Source of the DNA: Candidatus Doriopsillibacter californiensis
GTDB lineage: Bacteria; Pseudomonadota; Gammaproteobacteria; Tethybacterales; Persebacteraceae
DNA: 64,000 nt
Assembly: GCA_030386295.1 (NCBI GenBank)
Contig: JANQAO010000003.1
Location: 48,114-112,113, forward strand
Reading direction: 5' to 3'
Within the stretch, counting starts at the first letter, position 1. Every line of letters begins with the position of its first letter. The notes under the pieces are model-generated. The model worked only from the letters and a program-made list of their open reading frames with translations, searched no databases and was not told where the DNA came from. The position numbers and the translations under genes were made by a program. Positions 20,435-31,618 of this stretch are shown here, in pieces.

Positions 20435-22225
20435 ATGAGAACTCATTTTTGCGGCGCCGTAAACACTCAAAATTTAGATGGAACGGTTACCGTTTGTGGT
20501 TGGGCGCACTCGCGTCGCGATCACGGTGGTGTGATTTTTATTGATTTACGAGATAAATCTGGTGTTTTACAGTTGGTGGCAGATCCGAGTGAAAACGCTG
20601 ACGTTTTTGCTCAAGCTAATGGTGTGCGCAACGAATATGTATTACGTGCTACCGGCATAGTGCGGCGGCGACCCGAAGGAACTGACAATTCACGCCTGAG
20701 CAGTGGTGAGGTAGAAGTTAATTTATGTCGGTTGGAAGTTTTAAATACTGCTACGGCGTTGCCGTTTATGCCCGATGACGAAGGTGTGTCGGAAGAAGCG
20801 CGTCTACGTCACCGAGTTATTGATTTGCGCGGTACCGCAATGCAATCCAACTTACGTCGCCGCCATGCTATGCTTGCTGCCGTTCGCCAATGGTTTTGTG
20901 AGCGCGATTTTATTGATATAGAAACACCGCTACTTACTCGAACAACGCCTGAAGGTGCGCGTGATTTTCTCGTTCCGAGTCGCCTGCAGCCGGATGCTTT
21001 TTACGCGTTGCCGCAGTCACCGCAGTTATTTAAACAAATGTTGATGGCAGCGGGTTTTGAACGTTATTTTCAGATCGCACGATGTTTTCGTGATGAGGAC
21101 TCCCGTTCTGATCGGCAACCAGAGTTTTCACAAATTGATGTAGAAATGTCGTTTGTGGAGGAAAATGATGTGATGACGATGATGGAAGAACTTGTCATTG
21201 CCGCTTTTGCTGCTGTTAACATTACGTTGCCGCAACCTTTCCCGCGTATGAACTGCACCGAAGCTGTACGTCGTTTTGGCATTGACCGCCCCGACTTGCG
21301 CAATCCGTTGGAGCTTACCGATTTGGGTGATTTGATGGCGGAGGTAGAATTTAAAGTGTTTCGCGAACCGGCACAGGCAGCTGATGGTCGTGTGGCGGCA
21401 TTACGTTTGCCTGGTGGTGCTTCTTTGTCACGCAAACAGATTGATGAGCTGACTGCTTATGTGGCGCGTTATGGTGCTCGTGGGCTGGCTTATATCAAAG
21501 TAATTAATGTCACTGCCGGTGCTGACGGCTTGCAATCGCCGATTATTAAGTTTTTACCAGAAAATGTGTTGGCGCAATTAATTGAACGCACACAAGCGGT
21601 GGATGGTGACATCATCTTTTTTGGTGCAGGTCGTGAAGATATTGTTAACGCTTCTTTGGCGGCATTACGTGATCGATTAGGCGAAGACGGAAATTTGTTG
21701 AGTGACGGCTGGAAGCCACTGTGGATTACCGATTTTCCGCTGTTTGAGCGTGACTACGAACGTAAGCGATGGAATGCGCGGCATCATCCGTTTACCGCAC
21801 CGCGAGAGGGAGACGAGCGCCATTTGCCGGAACACCCAGAGCGTGTTATGTCGCGTGCCTATGACATGACGCTAAATGGTGTTGAAATCGGTGGCGGCAG
21901 TATTCGCATTCATCGTGTTGAGACTCAGCTGGCAATGCTGGAAGCATTGGGAATTGATGAAACGGAAGCGCGCCGGCAATTTGGTTTTTTATTGCAGGCG
22001 TTGGAATCTGGCGCGCCACCGCATGGTGGTGTTGCTTTCGGGCTGGACCGCATGGCGGCTATGGCTTGTCAGGTGCAAAGTATTCGTGACGTTATCGCAT
22101 TTCCTAAGACGCAGCGTGGGCAATGCTTGCTGACGAAAGCGCCTTCTTCGGCGACGAGTGAGCAGTTACAAGAATTGCACATTAAAGTTGCCAAGCGAGC
22201 TTCACCAGCGTCCGATTCTTTATAA
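20435..22225 (+). CDS. aspS: aspartate--tRNA ligase
   Basis: 596 aa counted from MRTHFCGAV, which matches the AspS N-terminus. It has class II aaRS motifs and a C-terminal GGGSIRIH. Confidence 0.95.
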   Translation: MRTHFCGAVNTQNLDGTVTVCGWAHSRRDHGGVIFIDLRDKSGVLQLVADPSENADVFAQANGVRNEYVLRATGIVRRRPEGTDNSRLSSGEVEVNLCRLEVLNTATALPFMPDDEGVSEEARLRHRVIDLRGTAMQSNLRRRHAMLAAVRQWFCERDFIDIETPLLTRTTPEGARDFLVPSRLQPDAFYALPQSPQLFKQMLMAAGFERYFQIARCFRDEDSRSDRQPEFSQIDVEMSFVEENDVMTMMEELVIAAFAAVNITLPQPFPRMNCTEAVRRFGIDRPDLRNPLELTDLGDLMAEVEFKVFREPAQAADGRVAALRLPGGASLSRKQIDELTAYVARYGARGLAYIKVINVTAGADGLQSPIIKFLPENVLAQLIERTQAVDGDIIFFGAGREDIVNASLAALRDRLGEDGNLLSDGWKPLWITDFPLFERDYERKRWNARHHPFTAPREGDERHLPEHPERVMSRAYDMTLNGVEIGGGSIRIHRVETQLAMLEALGIDETEARRQFGFLLQALESGAPPHGGVAFGLDRMAAMACQVQSIRDVIAFPKTQRGQCLLTKAPSSATSEQLQELHIKVAKRASPASDSL

Positions 22226-22288
22226 GTAAACAGTGCGGCTTTTGTACACCAACACCCATAAAAGATTAAGATAAAATCTAGATAATAA

Positions 22289-22364
22289 GCCGCCATAGCT
22301 CAGCTGGTAGAGCAGCTGATTTGTAATCAGTTTGTCGGGAGTTCAAATCTCTCTGGCGGCACCA
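22289..22364 (+). tRNA. tRNA-Thr (anticodon UGU)
   Basis: A cloverleaf folded by hand. The acceptor stem is GCCGCCA/TGGCGGC, the anticodon stem GCTGA/TCAGT, the loop TTTGTAA and the T-loop TTCAAAT. It ends in ACCA. Confidence 0.9.
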
Positions 22365-22432
22365 ATTTTTTTGTGAGACACGTGTGAGCGAGGCAACTTT
22401 TATTAATCAAAAATGTCGCCTGCTCAACGAAT

Positions 22433-23350
22433 TTATAAAATTAACCGTTGTTGAAATAACACCTGCGTTACTCCGCGGCTGAAGTGACTAAAAATTTCGT
22501 CAGTCCAATCTCGTGGTGTATAACTTATCGTATAGTCCACACCGATAACATCTCGCGCTACATAGCCGGTGTCGCCTAAGCCGTCGGCCAAGCCGAGTCT
22601 GACGTTGTGTTCACCGACAAAAATAGCCCCGGAAAAAATATCCGGGTGTGCTGTTAACCGATCGCCACGTCCCTGTCTTACCGCTTCCTGAAAATTATCG
22701 TGAATGACACTGACAATATTGTCAATGCGCGTTCGCTCTTCTTCACTTTGCGGCGAAAAAGGGTCAAACATGTTTTTGTTTTCTCCACCAGTTTGCACAC
22801 GGCGAGAAACGCCTAGTTTTTCCATTGTCTCCACGAATCCGAAACTAGAAAAAATAACGCCGATAGAACCCACAAGGCTATTGTCATCCACATAAATTTC
22901 ATCAGTGGCGGCGGCAATATAGTAGCCACCGGAAGCACAAAAATCACCAGCTACCGCATAAACTTTCTTTTGTGGATACTTGTTTCGTAACCTTAGCAAT
23001 TCGCGGTAAATACGGTTAGATTCGACGGCACTGCCACCAGGGCTGTTAATGCGTAAGATAACGCCTTTTGCGGATTCTGCTTCAAAGGCATTACGCAATG
23101 CGGCATTGATGTTGACCGCACTATTGCTGCCGCTGGCCTCTATCACACCGTTAATGTCAATAACAGCAGCATGTGGGCCGTGATTTGAAATATTCGGCGT
23201 GTGCACAAAATAAGCAGCGGTTAGTGCTAGCACATAAATCAGCATGATAAATTTGAAAAAAGTGCCCCAGCGTCGCCGCGTTCTTTGCTCACGCAAAGAC
23301 GATTCTGCTAGCCGTTCTACTAAATTTCGGTCGTGATTGTCAGTTGTCAT
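22433..23350 (-). CDS. S49-family signal peptide peptidase (SppA/SohB-like)
   Basis: It has an N-terminal TM segment and an S49 catalytic region (ILRINSPGGS...AVAGDFCASGGYYIA). I chose the start at MTTDNHD to avoid an 89-bp overlap with truB. Confidence 0.8.
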   Translation of the reverse strand: MTTDNHDRNLVERLAESSLREQRTRRRWGTFFKFIMLIYVLALTAAYFVHTPNISNHGPHAAVIDINGVIEASGSNSAVNINAALRNAFEAESAKGVILRINSPGGSAVESNRIYRELLRLRNKYPQKKVYAVAGDFCASGGYYIAAATDEIYVDDNSLVGSIGVIFSSFGFVETMEKLGVSRRVQTGGENKNMFDPFSPQSEEERTRIDNIVSVIHDNFQEAVRQGRGDRLTAHPDIFSGAIFVGEHNVRLGLADGLGDTGYVARDVIGVDYTISYTPRDWTDEIFSHFSRGVTQVLFQQRLIL

Positions 23351-24236
23351 AGTTTTTCTTTTCTCTAGTCCATGATAGCAATTTTTGAGGTAAAAAGCAC
23401 GTTTCGCGTTGACGGGCAACGCCGGCAAAACGGTTATTAGCCGTTTGTAGCCGCACTAATTGCCCGCTTTCTTCATTTTCATCGGATGGCGGACATTCGC
23501 GCTGTCCCTGCGCCAGTGCCCATAAACGCGTATTGTCCACGGATTGAGCGGGTAGATGAGTTAGCGCCGTTTCAATAGATAATTGTTTTGCCGTAGCTGA
23601 TGTGGTTAGTGAATCTAATACTTGTGCCTGGGCAATATCAAAGGGGGCACATTGCAATCGACGCAAGGCTGACAAATAAGCACCACAACCAACGCGAACA
23701 CCTAAATCATGCGCTAGCGAACGTACATAAAAACCTCCGCCGCAACGGATGAAGAGCGTAATATTATCATTCTCACTTTTCTCTAGTGTAAGTTCATGTA
23801 CCCGCACTTGTCGTCGTTTTTCCGGTACGGAGATATTTTTGCGAGCATAATGATATAGCGGCTTGCCTTTGTATTTGAGAGCACTGTGTTGTGGTGCGGT
23901 TTGCATTATCGTACCAATAAAATCGGGCAGTATATCGCGTACTCGTGTCACTAAATCTGCGGGCGGGTGCTGTTGTGTGCTGACATTTCCCCACGCGTCA
24001 CCGGTGTCGGAAACGGCACCAAAGCTTACGGTAGCGCGATAGGCTTTATCGTCGGGCATAAAACGAATATATCCTGCTGCTTCTCCCAGTGCAATCGTTA
24101 ACAGTCCGGTGGCCATTGGGTCCAACGTGCCGGTGTGTCCGGTTTTAACGCCATTAAATAAACGCCTTACAATAGCGACGGCTTGTGCTGAAGTAGCACC
24201 TTGATGTTTATCAATAAGCACAAATGTGCCAGCCAT
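23340..24236 (-). CDS. truB: tRNA pseudouridine(55) synthase TruB
   Basis: 298 aa. The catalytic motif is GHTGTLDPMATGLL, with a PUA-like C-terminus. It occupies the conserved position after rbfA. Confidence 0.9.
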   Translation of the reverse strand: MAGTFVLIDKHQGATSAQAVAIVRRLFNGVKTGHTGTLDPMATGLLTIALGEAAGYIRFMPDDKAYRATVSFGAVSDTGDAWGNVSTQQHPPADLVTRVRDILPDFIGTIMQTAPQHSALKYKGKPLYHYARKNISVPEKRRQVRVHELTLEKSENDNITLFIRCGGGFYVRSLAHDLGVRVGCGAYLSALRRLQCAPFDIAQAQVLDSLTTSATAKQLSIETALTHLPAQSVDNTRLWALAQGQRECPPSDENEESGQLVRLQTANNRFAGVARQRETCFLPQKLLSWTREKKNYDN

Positions 24237-24241
24237 TACAG

Positions 24242-24607
24242 TTAACTCTCACTGAGAGGAACGTTATCTAAAAAGCGCCTAATATTGTCAGCGACTTGGC
24301 CTTCGGCATCTGGAGCAAAAACTAGTATTGGGGTGGCGCGCATATTAAGACTGTCGGCGAGTTGTTTGCGACACCGCGGAGCTTGGCTCGTAAGTGTTTC
24401 TTGTACCTCGGCGGCATTACCAGCAAGCATTGTGTAATATACAGTGGCAACGCTAAGATCGCCGTTAAGTGATATTCGCCGTACGGTAACCATGGCGCCA
24501 CCGCAAATACCAGCGACTAGCGATGCCAGTTCACGCTGCATTAGTGAAGCAATACGGTGTTGGCGCGGGTAACTTTTGACGGCGCTGGTATTGCGCCGAC
24601 CTTTCAT
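24242..24607 (-). CDS. rbfA: ribosome-binding factor A
   Basis: 121 aa KH-fold protein in the conserved infB-rbfA-truB context. Confidence 0.9.
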   Translation of the reverse strand: MKGRRNTSAVKSYPRQHRIASLMQRELASLVAGICGGAMVTVRRISLNGDLSVATVYYTMLAGNAAEVQETLTSQAPRCRKQLADSLNMRATPILVFAPDAEGQVADNIRRFLDNVPLSES

Positions 24608-27153
24608 AAGGTGGGTGCTGTTTCCAGCACCTCAATGGCTTCAATCACATCGCCGGCTTTGATATCGTTAAATCGATGGATTCCAATGCCACATTCCTCG
24701 CCCATACGCGCTTCTTTGGCGCTTTCTTTAAAGTGTCGCAACGAACTAATCGCACCTTCGTACACTACCGCACCATCGCGTAAGAGACGCGCCTGCGCGT
24801 CAGCACGAATATTTCCGTCTTGTACGCTGCAACCGGCAATATTTCCTATTTTGCTAATGGTAAACACTTTGAGCACTTTGGCAGTGCCAATGATTTTTTC
24901 TTCGCGCACCATATCAAGTAAGTTAAGTACCGCTTTTTCGGCGTTTTCCACAATCTCGTAAATCACATTGCCATGCATGATTTTGATACCGTATGATTGC
25001 GCGAGTTTTCTCGATTTAGTATCTGGGCGGACATTGAAAGCGACAATTAGTGCACCGCTGGCATGAGCTAAATTTATATCGGATTCGGTTACGGAACCGA
25101 CGGCACTATGAATAACTTTAATTGCCGCTTTTTTGCCGTGGATAGCGCTAAGTGCTGCTAGCAATGCTTCACGAGAGCCGCCTACGTCAGCCTTGACAAT
25201 TACATTGAGCTCTTTTTTCTCCGTCTCGTCACCCATTAACAAAGCTGTGGAAGGCCGTGCTACTGCGCGGGCATTCAAACGACGAGTCCGATCTTTTTCT
25301 TGCCGCAAGCTAGAAATGTCGCGCGCCTTGCGTTCATCGGGGACGACAAACAAATCTTCTCCTACTTCTGGCATGCCAGACAATCCTTGTATTTCTACCG
25401 GCATAGCAGGGGTTGCTTCTTTAACTGTTTTTTTGGAACTATCCCACATGGAGCGCACACGACCGCTTTCGGTGCCGCAGACAAAACAATCACCGTTTTT
25501 TAGTGTGCCGCTACGCACTACCAACGTTGCTACCACGCCATGACCTTTTTCCACGCGCGCTTCCACCACTGCTGCTTGCGCAGAACAATCACGCGTTGCT
25601 TTGATATCTAAAATGTCGCTTTGTGTGCGCAAGGAATCCAGTAACGTATCCACTCCGTTGCCGGTGAGTGCAGAGATTGGTACAAAAATGGAATCCCCCC
25701 CCCACTCTTCGGGCATAACTCCGCGTGCTGATAATTCGCTTTTGATGCGTTCTATATCTACACCGGGCTTATCCATTTTATTTATGGCAACAACAATGGG
25801 TACGTCTGCCGCTTGCGCATGAGAGATGGCTTCTTCGGTTTGTGGCTTAACGCCGTCGTCTCCGGCTACTACTAGCACTACAATATCAGTAATTTGTGCC
25901 CCACGTGCTCGCATTTCAGAAAATAATGCATGACCGGGAGTATCCAAAAATGTAATGGCACCAGTAGCCGTGCTGACTTGGTACGCACCAATATGCTGAG
26001 TGATGCCGCCGGCTTCGCCATTGGCCACACGTGTTTTGCGAATGTAGTCTAAAAGTGATGTTTTGCCGTGATCCACGTGTCCCATTACGGTAACCACGGG
26101 TGGACGTGGCTCTTGTGGTAAATCGGAGTCGTGCTGGCGCAAAGATTCTAAATCCGAGTCCTCTTTTTGCACTGCGGCTACCGGTTTATGACCTAATTCT
26201 TCTACTACAATCCACGCTGTATCTTTGTCTAGAGAAGTATTTGCATTGGCGGTCATGCCGTAATCCATCAATTTACGAATGATAATTCCGCTTTTGAGAG
26301 ATATTTGTTCGGCAATGCGGCTGACAGAAATGGTCTCAGGAATTTCTATCTCACGTACCACTAGTCCCACCGGTTTTTGAAAGCCGTGCTGGTTGGCCAG
26401 CCGTTTGGGAGCGGTGGTTTTACGTTGTTGGCGGCGTTTTTGGCGTTCGCGTAATATTTTTTGATCAATCTTAATTGTGCCGCCGCGGCGAGATTTTTCT
26501 TCGGTCTTTTCGTTTTTGGTGGCAGTTTGTTGTTTTTCTCGCAATTCTTCTTGCCGTGCCACCTGTTTTTGATAAAGGTCTTCTAATGAATTTGGTGCCG
26601 GCGGCTTTGTGGGAGAGGGTGGAATATCGGTTGTCGTTACTACTGCTTTTTTTGATTTTTCTACTGTCGGTGACGGCGTGATTTCTTGCGGTGACTCAGT
26701 AGCTGCCGTTTTTTTTGCTGCAACAGGTTTAACTGCAGGAGATTTCTTTGAAGTAGGTGAGGTTTCTGTTTTCGGTGAAACTGCATTTTTTTTTGTTGGC
26801 GTTGCCGGTGTCTTGGTGGTAGTTGAAGCTTTTTGCGCGACGACTGGTTTTTGAACTTCAGGTGTTGGTGCTGGCTCTGGTTTTGCGGGAACTGGGCGGC
26901 GGATACGTCGTTGCCGTTTTTCTACTATTTGCGTACTTTCTATTTTGCGTTCGCGAGGGAGTTTTTTCTGTCCCGTTTTTTCTGAGGGTGTCGCTTTTTG
27001 CTGCCGCCAGAGAGCGTCCAATTTGGTTTCAAATTCGGGTTCTACTTTGGATGTTATGGCAATGCGTTTGTCGTAGCCGACGCTAGGTAGTGCTAGCTTG
27101 ACTTCGGATTCGGTCTTGCCATATTTTTTTGCGATTTCTTTTATAGTGGCCAT
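24604..27153 (-). CDS. infB: translation initiation factor IF-2
   Basis: 849 aa. The G-domain motifs are [16 protein letters not shown] and DTPGH. Confidence 0.95.
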   Translation of the reverse strand: MATIKEIAKKYGKTESEVKLALPSVGYDKRIAITSKVEPEFETKLDALWRQQKATPSEKTGQKKLPRERKIESTQIVEKRQRRIRRPVPAKPEPAPTPEVQKPVVAQKASTTTKTPATPTKKNAVSPKTETSPTSKKSPAVKPVAAKKTAATESPQEITPSPTVEKSKKAVVTTTDIPPSPTKPPAPNSLEDLYQKQVARQEELREKQQTATKNEKTEEKSRRGGTIKIDQKILRERQKRRQQRKTTAPKRLANQHGFQKPVGLVVREIEIPETISVSRIAEQISLKSGIIIRKLMDYGMTANANTSLDKDTAWIVVEELGHKPVAAVQKEDSDLESLRQHDSDLPQEPRPPVVTVMGHVDHGKTSLLDYIRKTRVANGEAGGITQHIGAYQVSTATGAITFLDTPGHALFSEMRARGAQITDIVVLVVAGDDGVKPQTEEAISHAQAADVPIVVAINKMDKPGVDIERIKSELSARGVMPEEWGGDSIFVPISALTGNGVDTLLDSLRTQSDILDIKATRDCSAQAAVVEARVEKGHGVVATLVVRSGTLKNGDCFVCGTESGRVRSMWDSSKKTVKEATPAMPVEIQGLSGMPEVGEDLFVVPDERKARDISSLRQEKDRTRRLNARAVARPSTALLMGDETEKKELNVIVKADVGGSREALLAALSAIHGKKAAIKVIHSAVGSVTESDINLAHASGALIVAFNVRPDTKSRKLAQSYGIKIMHGNVIYEIVENAEKAVLNLLDMVREEKIIGTAKVLKVFTISKIGNIAGCSVQDGNIRADAQARLLRDGAVVYEGAISSLRHFKESAKEARMGEECGIGIHRFNDIKAGDVIEAIEVLETAPTL

Positions 27154-27155
27154 GC

Positions 27156-28697
27156 TTATACAGTCGTTTCTTCATCAAGATCGTTAATGTTGTAGGCTTG
27201 CTCACGAGCGAGCAAGACGCAGGCGGCGGCAGTTTCGTTTGGCATTTTATGAAACTCCTGTAATTCGTCGGCAGCCAAATCAGCCAAATCAGCGACTTTT
27301 AGAACATCGTTTTTCGCCAATTCCCGCAATATCTCTTCGCTGTCAGGAAAAAATTCGCTGACTAGTGTGACCAGAGCGGACTCTTGCTTTTCCATATTTG
27401 CCTGCAATTCGCTTTCTTCTTTTTCTACTTGTTCACGGGCGCGGGTTTGAATTTCGCGTACCACGTCAGGCTGAAAGCCTTGAATTTCGAGCAATTCCTC
27501 TTCTTCGGCAAATGCTACGTGTTCCAAGGTTTCAAAGCCTTCTTCAAACAAAATGCGTGCGGCATCTTCTTCCAGATTGAGCGCTTTACCTAAACGGGCA
27601 CTATTTTGGGAGGTCTCTTCCTCTAGAGCTGCTTCATATTCTTCCATTGTTTTGAGATTAAGGCGCCAACCAGTTAATTCTGATGCTAGCCGCACATTAA
27701 CACCATTTTTTCCGATAGCTTGTGCCAGTCGGTCAGGGTCTACTAAAACATCCATGCTACCTTTGTCGCGGTCAACGGATATTTTTGTTACTTCTGCCGG
27801 AGCTAACGCTAGCAACACGTATTTGGCATCATCGTCATCCCAAGGAATAATGTCAATGCGCTCACCGTTGAGTTCATTGGTTACGGACTGTACTCGTGAA
27901 CCGCGAATGCCGACGCAAGTGCCTACTGGATCTACGCGGGCGTCGTTAGAGCGTACGGCAATTTTGGCACGGTTTCCCGGGTCACGTACCGCAGCAATGA
28001 TTTCCAAAATGCCTTTTTCAATTTCTGGTACCACACGTTGAAATAGTAGCGTTAAAAAGCGTGGGCTAATGCGCGTAAGAATAACTGGTTGCCCTGTTGC
28101 CTCGTTGTTGATGTCTTTTATTAATGCTTGAACCCGGTCACCGGCCTTAAGCGTTTCGCGTGGAATCATCTGACTTTTAGGTAGTCGGCATTCCAGTCGC
28201 AAGACTTCTACAATTACGTCTCCGGTATCCCGTAGCACCCGTAATACTTGACCGTTAACCAATTCTTCATTGCGCGCCAACAAATCATTGAGTAGTCGTT
28301 GTTTTTCGGCTTCGCGTAGGCGAATGTTGAAATTTTGCTTAGCAGAATGTACGCAGGGACGGGTGTTAAATTTTTGATTTTCCAGCGATTTTTCTACCCA
28401 TTCGCCGGCGACGACATCGGTCTTGATTTCCTGTGCTGATTCCAACATGATTTCAGCTTGTGGATTTTCCATTAATTCATCATCGGCTAGAACGCGCCAT
28501 TTTCTAAAAGCGTCAACTTGGCCGCTGACAGAATCAATGTTCACTCGAAATTCAGCATCGTGTGTGTCGTTGGCACTGCGCCGCAGAGAATAGGCCAATG
28601 AATCAGAAAAAATATCTAGCACCTGATCAAACGGCAGGTCTTTCTCCCGAGAGATGGATTGAATGTACATTAACAAATCCGCACCGCCGATATCCAT
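27156..28697 (-). CDS. nusA: transcription termination/antitermination factor NusA
   Basis: 513 aa with S1, KH and C-terminal acidic repeat domains, collinear with E. coli NusA. Confidence 0.95.
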   Translation of the reverse strand: MDIGGADLLMYIQSISREKDLPFDQVLDIFSDSLAYSLRRSANDTHDAEFRVNIDSVSGQVDAFRKWRVLADDELMENPQAEIMLESAQEIKTDVVAGEWVEKSLENQKFNTRPCVHSAKQNFNIRLREAEKQRLLNDLLARNEELVNGQVLRVLRDTGDVIVEVLRLECRLPKSQMIPRETLKAGDRVQALIKDINNEATGQPVILTRISPRFLTLLFQRVVPEIEKGILEIIAAVRDPGNRAKIAVRSNDARVDPVGTCVGIRGSRVQSVTNELNGERIDIIPWDDDDAKYVLLALAPAEVTKISVDRDKGSMDVLVDPDRLAQAIGKNGVNVRLASELTGWRLNLKTMEEYEAALEEETSQNSARLGKALNLEEDAARILFEEGFETLEHVAFAEEEELLEIQGFQPDVVREIQTRAREQVEKEESELQANMEKQESALVTLVSEFFPDSEEILRELAKNDVLKVADLADLAADELQEFHKMPNETAAACVLLAREQAYNINDLDEETTV

Positions 28698-28748
28698 AAT
28701 TTTTTTCCCTTTTTATATTAGTGATGAAATGAAGCGAGCAATACGCAA

Positions 28749-28771
28749 CAAAAAAAGGGGGCGACGCCCCC
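28749..28771 (-). terminator. putative rho-independent terminator downstream of xerC
   Basis: On the plus strand, AAAAAAAGGGGGCGACGCCCCC. On the minus strand this reads as a GGGGGCG/CGCCCCC hairpin followed by a T-run. Confidence 0.5.
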
Positions 28772-28880
28772 AATTGTGCATTTAAAAGCCAACGCATTGC
28801 AAATGCCAAACCACTAATTCTACACTAGCATTACACAAAAACGATTATTACTTGGGATTGTGCGCTGGTTATGTCAAAAA

Positions 28881-29765
28881 TTAATGAGCTTTCTTTTTTG
28901 CACGTGGATGAGCAAGGTCATACGTTTTTGCCAGATTTTGAAAATCTAAGCGCGTGTATATTTGTGTGGAAGTAATATCACGGTGGCCAAGTAGGTCTTG
29001 TGTGGCACGTAAATCACCGCTGGATTGCAAAAAATGTGAGGCGCAAGAATGCCGCAAAACATGCGGGCTAACTTGTCCAGCCATACCTAGACGAGCGGCG
29101 CGGGTGGATAGGCGTTGTTGTACTGTGCGAACGTTGAGACGACCACCGCGGCGATTAACAAACAACGCCGTTTCATTGTGATTTGCGGCACTTGCACGCG
29201 CCGTAAGCCAGCAGGATAAGGCTTTTTGAGCTACCGTGCCGGCGGGAACAACGCGACCTCGTCCTCCTTTTCCGCGCTGCACGTGAACCATGCCGGCGGA
29301 TATGTCGCTCACATTTAAGGCAGTCATTTCTCCTACGCGTAAGCCGGTAGAGTACAGTAATTCAAACATAGCATCATCACGCCATTTGAGCCAACCACTG
29401 CCTGTATCGTCGTTTAGCAAAAAAGCTGTTTTGTCCGGTGTCAGTGCCCGCGGCAGGCGTCCCTGTTTTTTTGGGGCGCGTAGACTGTGTGCTGGATTGT
29501 TCCGAATGTCACCGGTTTTGAGTAAATAATTAAAAAATAAACGCCAAGTAGATAGCCGTCGCGCCGTGGATGCCGGACTCATGCCGTGTTGTGTGGCTAG
29601 CAGGTGGCGCATATTTTGCGGTGTGATGTCGGTGAGCGGCATGGGTAGCGCATTCTGTAATATCTCCAAGTCTCGGCGATATGCTTCTACCGTATGCACT
29701 GACAGTCGTCGCACAGCGGCTGTTTCGTGCACAAATGCAGCTGACGCTTCTTTTAGAGTATTCAT
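28881..29765 (-). CDS. xerC: tyrosine site-specific recombinase XerC
   Basis: It has the R..HxxR..Y catalytic residues (LRHSCASH, TQIYT). It overlaps the upstream DUF484 gene by 4 bp, as in the yigA-xerC arrangement. Confidence 0.85.
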   Translation of the reverse strand: MNTLKEASAAFVHETAAVRRLSVHTVEAYRRDLEILQNALPMPLTDITPQNMRHLLATQHGMSPASTARRLSTWRLFFNYLLKTGDIRNNPAHSLRAPKKQGRLPRALTPDKTAFLLNDDTGSGWLKWRDDAMFELLYSTGLRVGEMTALNVSDISAGMVHVQRGKGGRGRVVPAGTVAQKALSCWLTARASAANHNETALFVNRRGGRLNVRTVQQRLSTRAARLGMAGQVSPHVLRHSCASHFLQSSGDLRATQDLLGHRDITSTQIYTRLDFQNLAKTYDLAHPRAKKKAH

Positions 29766-30295
29766 ATTACCGCCGCCAGCAATTGCGCTAATCGGCGGCA
29801 AAATGTGTCATCACCAGCCGAAAATTTTTTGCCGGAAAGGGTGGTAAGGATTACTAATCCCACTGCTTTCCTTCCGCGCTTAAGAGGCAAATGATAGTAC
29901 CCCTCGGTTTTTGCCGCTGAGTTGTCCAATGGTAACTTATCGGCACGACCGCCAGCAGGTAAGCGCGCTGTTTTTGTTGCTAATGCTTTCATATCATTAT
30001 TAAAAATCATAATACGACAACTGCCAGCTTTCATTCCTCGGCGTATCAGTGTTTCGGTTTTTTGTAACCATTCAGTATCGCGGCGAATGAGTAACAGCGA
30101 CACGTCATGCATCATGGTAACAATGGCATCATTGTCAGCGGCAATATTTCGTGCGTCGGTTAACTGACGTTGCAGTAAGCGATTTTTCTCTCGTAGAGTG
30201 GTTATTTCTCTAGCGCGAATGTCAAGTGATTGTGCCATTACTTTATTGTATCGGGTCAGCAGGCTGAGGCAAAAAATAATTTTAGATTTTTGCAA
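29762..30295 (-). CDS. DUF484 (YigA-like) protein
   Basis: 177 aa matching the coiled-coil and C-terminal parts of YigA. It lacks the first 60 or so aa of E. coli YigA. It occupies the conserved position upstream of xerC. Confidence 0.55.
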   Translation of the reverse strand: MQKSKIIFCLSLLTRYNKVMAQSLDIRAREITTLREKNRLLQRQLTDARNIAADNDAIVTMMHDVSLLLIRRDTEWLQKTETLIRRGMKAGSCRIMIFNNDMKALATKTARLPAGGRADKLPLDNSAAKTEGYYHLPLKRGRKAVGLVILTTLSGKKFSAGDDTFCRRLAQLLAAVI

Positions 30296-30425
30296 TTATC
30301 ACAGCTATTAAAAATGTGATAGTGGTTCTTTCCTGACAATCGTAAAATGTCCAGAACGTTATTTGGTTTCAGGGAACATTGCAATCAAGGATATAATTAT
30401 TTTCACTACTTACGGAGGATACAAA

Positions 30426-31007
30426 ATGCAACATAAAAAATCAATTCTCACATGTCTGATGTTGGTATCTACATTGTTTGGTTCCGCCGGTGCGATGGCG
30501 GCGGAGTACGATATAGATGCTTCTCATTCTTTTGTGCAGTTTCGTACTAAACACTTGGGCTACAGTTGGCTTGTCGGGCGTTTTGACCGTCTGTCGGGGG
30601 TATTTGACTATGCTCCAGAACAAGGTGCGGCGGCACAGAGCATTTTTGTTGAAGTAGATGTGACCAGTGTTAATAGTAATCATGCTGAGCGTGACAAGCA
30701 TTTGCGTAGTGATGATTTTTTAAATTCAGATGACTATCCAAATGCTACCTTTAAAAGTACAAGCTATGAAGGCGATGCAGATGGTGGCACAATGCATGGT
30801 GAATTGACACTACATGGTGTTACTAAGCCGCTCGCCATTGAAATAAAAAAAATCGGTGAAGGCAATGACCCATGGGGAGGTTATCGCGCTGGTTTTGAGG
30901 GTAAAGTCCAAATTACCCGAGCCGATTTTGGTATGGAGTACAACTTAGGTCCAGATGCTGTAGTTGTTGAACTGGATTTGTATATTGAAGGTGTTCGCCG
31001 TCAATAA
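30426..31007 (+). CDS. yceI: YceI-family periplasmic polyisoprenoid-binding protein
   Basis: A signal peptide, then a YceI domain (YDIDASHSFVQFRTKHLGYSWLVGRF...RSDDFL). It is paired with a cytochrome b561 gene. Confidence 0.85.
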   Translation: MQHKKSILTCLMLVSTLFGSAGAMAAEYDIDASHSFVQFRTKHLGYSWLVGRFDRLSGVFDYAPEQGAAAQSIFVEVDVTSVNSNHAERDKHLRSDDFLNSDDYPNATFKSTSYEGDADGGTMHGELTLHGVTKPLAIEIKKIGEGNDPWGGYRAGFEGKVQITRADFGMEYNLGPDAVVVELDLYIEGVRRQ

Positions 31008-31546
31008 TGTCGCCTGTTGACCGCGGCGACAAATACGGTTTGGTTAGCCGGTTATTGCATTGGTCTTTGGCGTTGTTGATTTTTTCCATGGCCGCATTGG
31101 GCGCATGGATGGTAGAGGCAGGTTACTATGCACGTTGGTATCTGATGGCGTTGAACGCACACAAAACGTTGGGATTGATGTCGTTGGCCGTGGCGTTGTT
31201 GTTGATTACTTGGCGTATGATAGTTGCATCACCGGCACCATTGCACGGATTATCGGTTGCGGAGAGTAGGGCGGCGCGTTGGGTGCATCGGTTGTTGCTA
31301 TTATTAGCAGTTATTGTTCCTTTTTGCGGTTATCTAATATCCACGGCACGGCAGAAAGGAGTGGACATTTTTGGACTGTTCATAGTGCCGCCGGTTGTTG
31401 CGCTTCCTGACAGTTGGCGCGACATTACTGTAGAAGTACACTATTGGCTGGGATATGGCGTTGTTATTGTTGCTTGTGGTCATGCATTGGCTGCTCTTAA
31501 ACATCAATTATGGGATAAAAATGACAGCTTGCAGCGCATGCTATAG
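31007..31546 (+). CDS. cytochrome b561 family protein (YceJ/CybB-like)
   Basis: 179 aa with four TM helices. The N-terminus RLLHWSLALLIF and conserved His residues are present. It overlaps the yceI stop. Confidence 0.8.
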   Translation: MSPVDRGDKYGLVSRLLHWSLALLIFSMAALGAWMVEAGYYARWYLMALNAHKTLGLMSLAVALLLITWRMIVASPAPLHGLSVAESRAARWVHRLLLLLAVIVPFCGYLISTARQKGVDIFGLFIVPPVVALPDSWRDITVEVHYWLGYGVVIVACGHALAALKHQLWDKNDSLQRML

Positions 31547-31618
31547 CCTCCAACTTTTGTTTATTAGTTGTAATCAACGAAAGTGAAAGTGCCATAGCAC
31601 TATCTCTACGATAAGCTC

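Noticed and set aside
28627-28809. 60 aa minus-strand ORF in the nusA-xerC intergenic region as a candidate rimP
   Set aside because: It bears no resemblance to RimP, spans the terminator hairpin and overlaps the nusA start.
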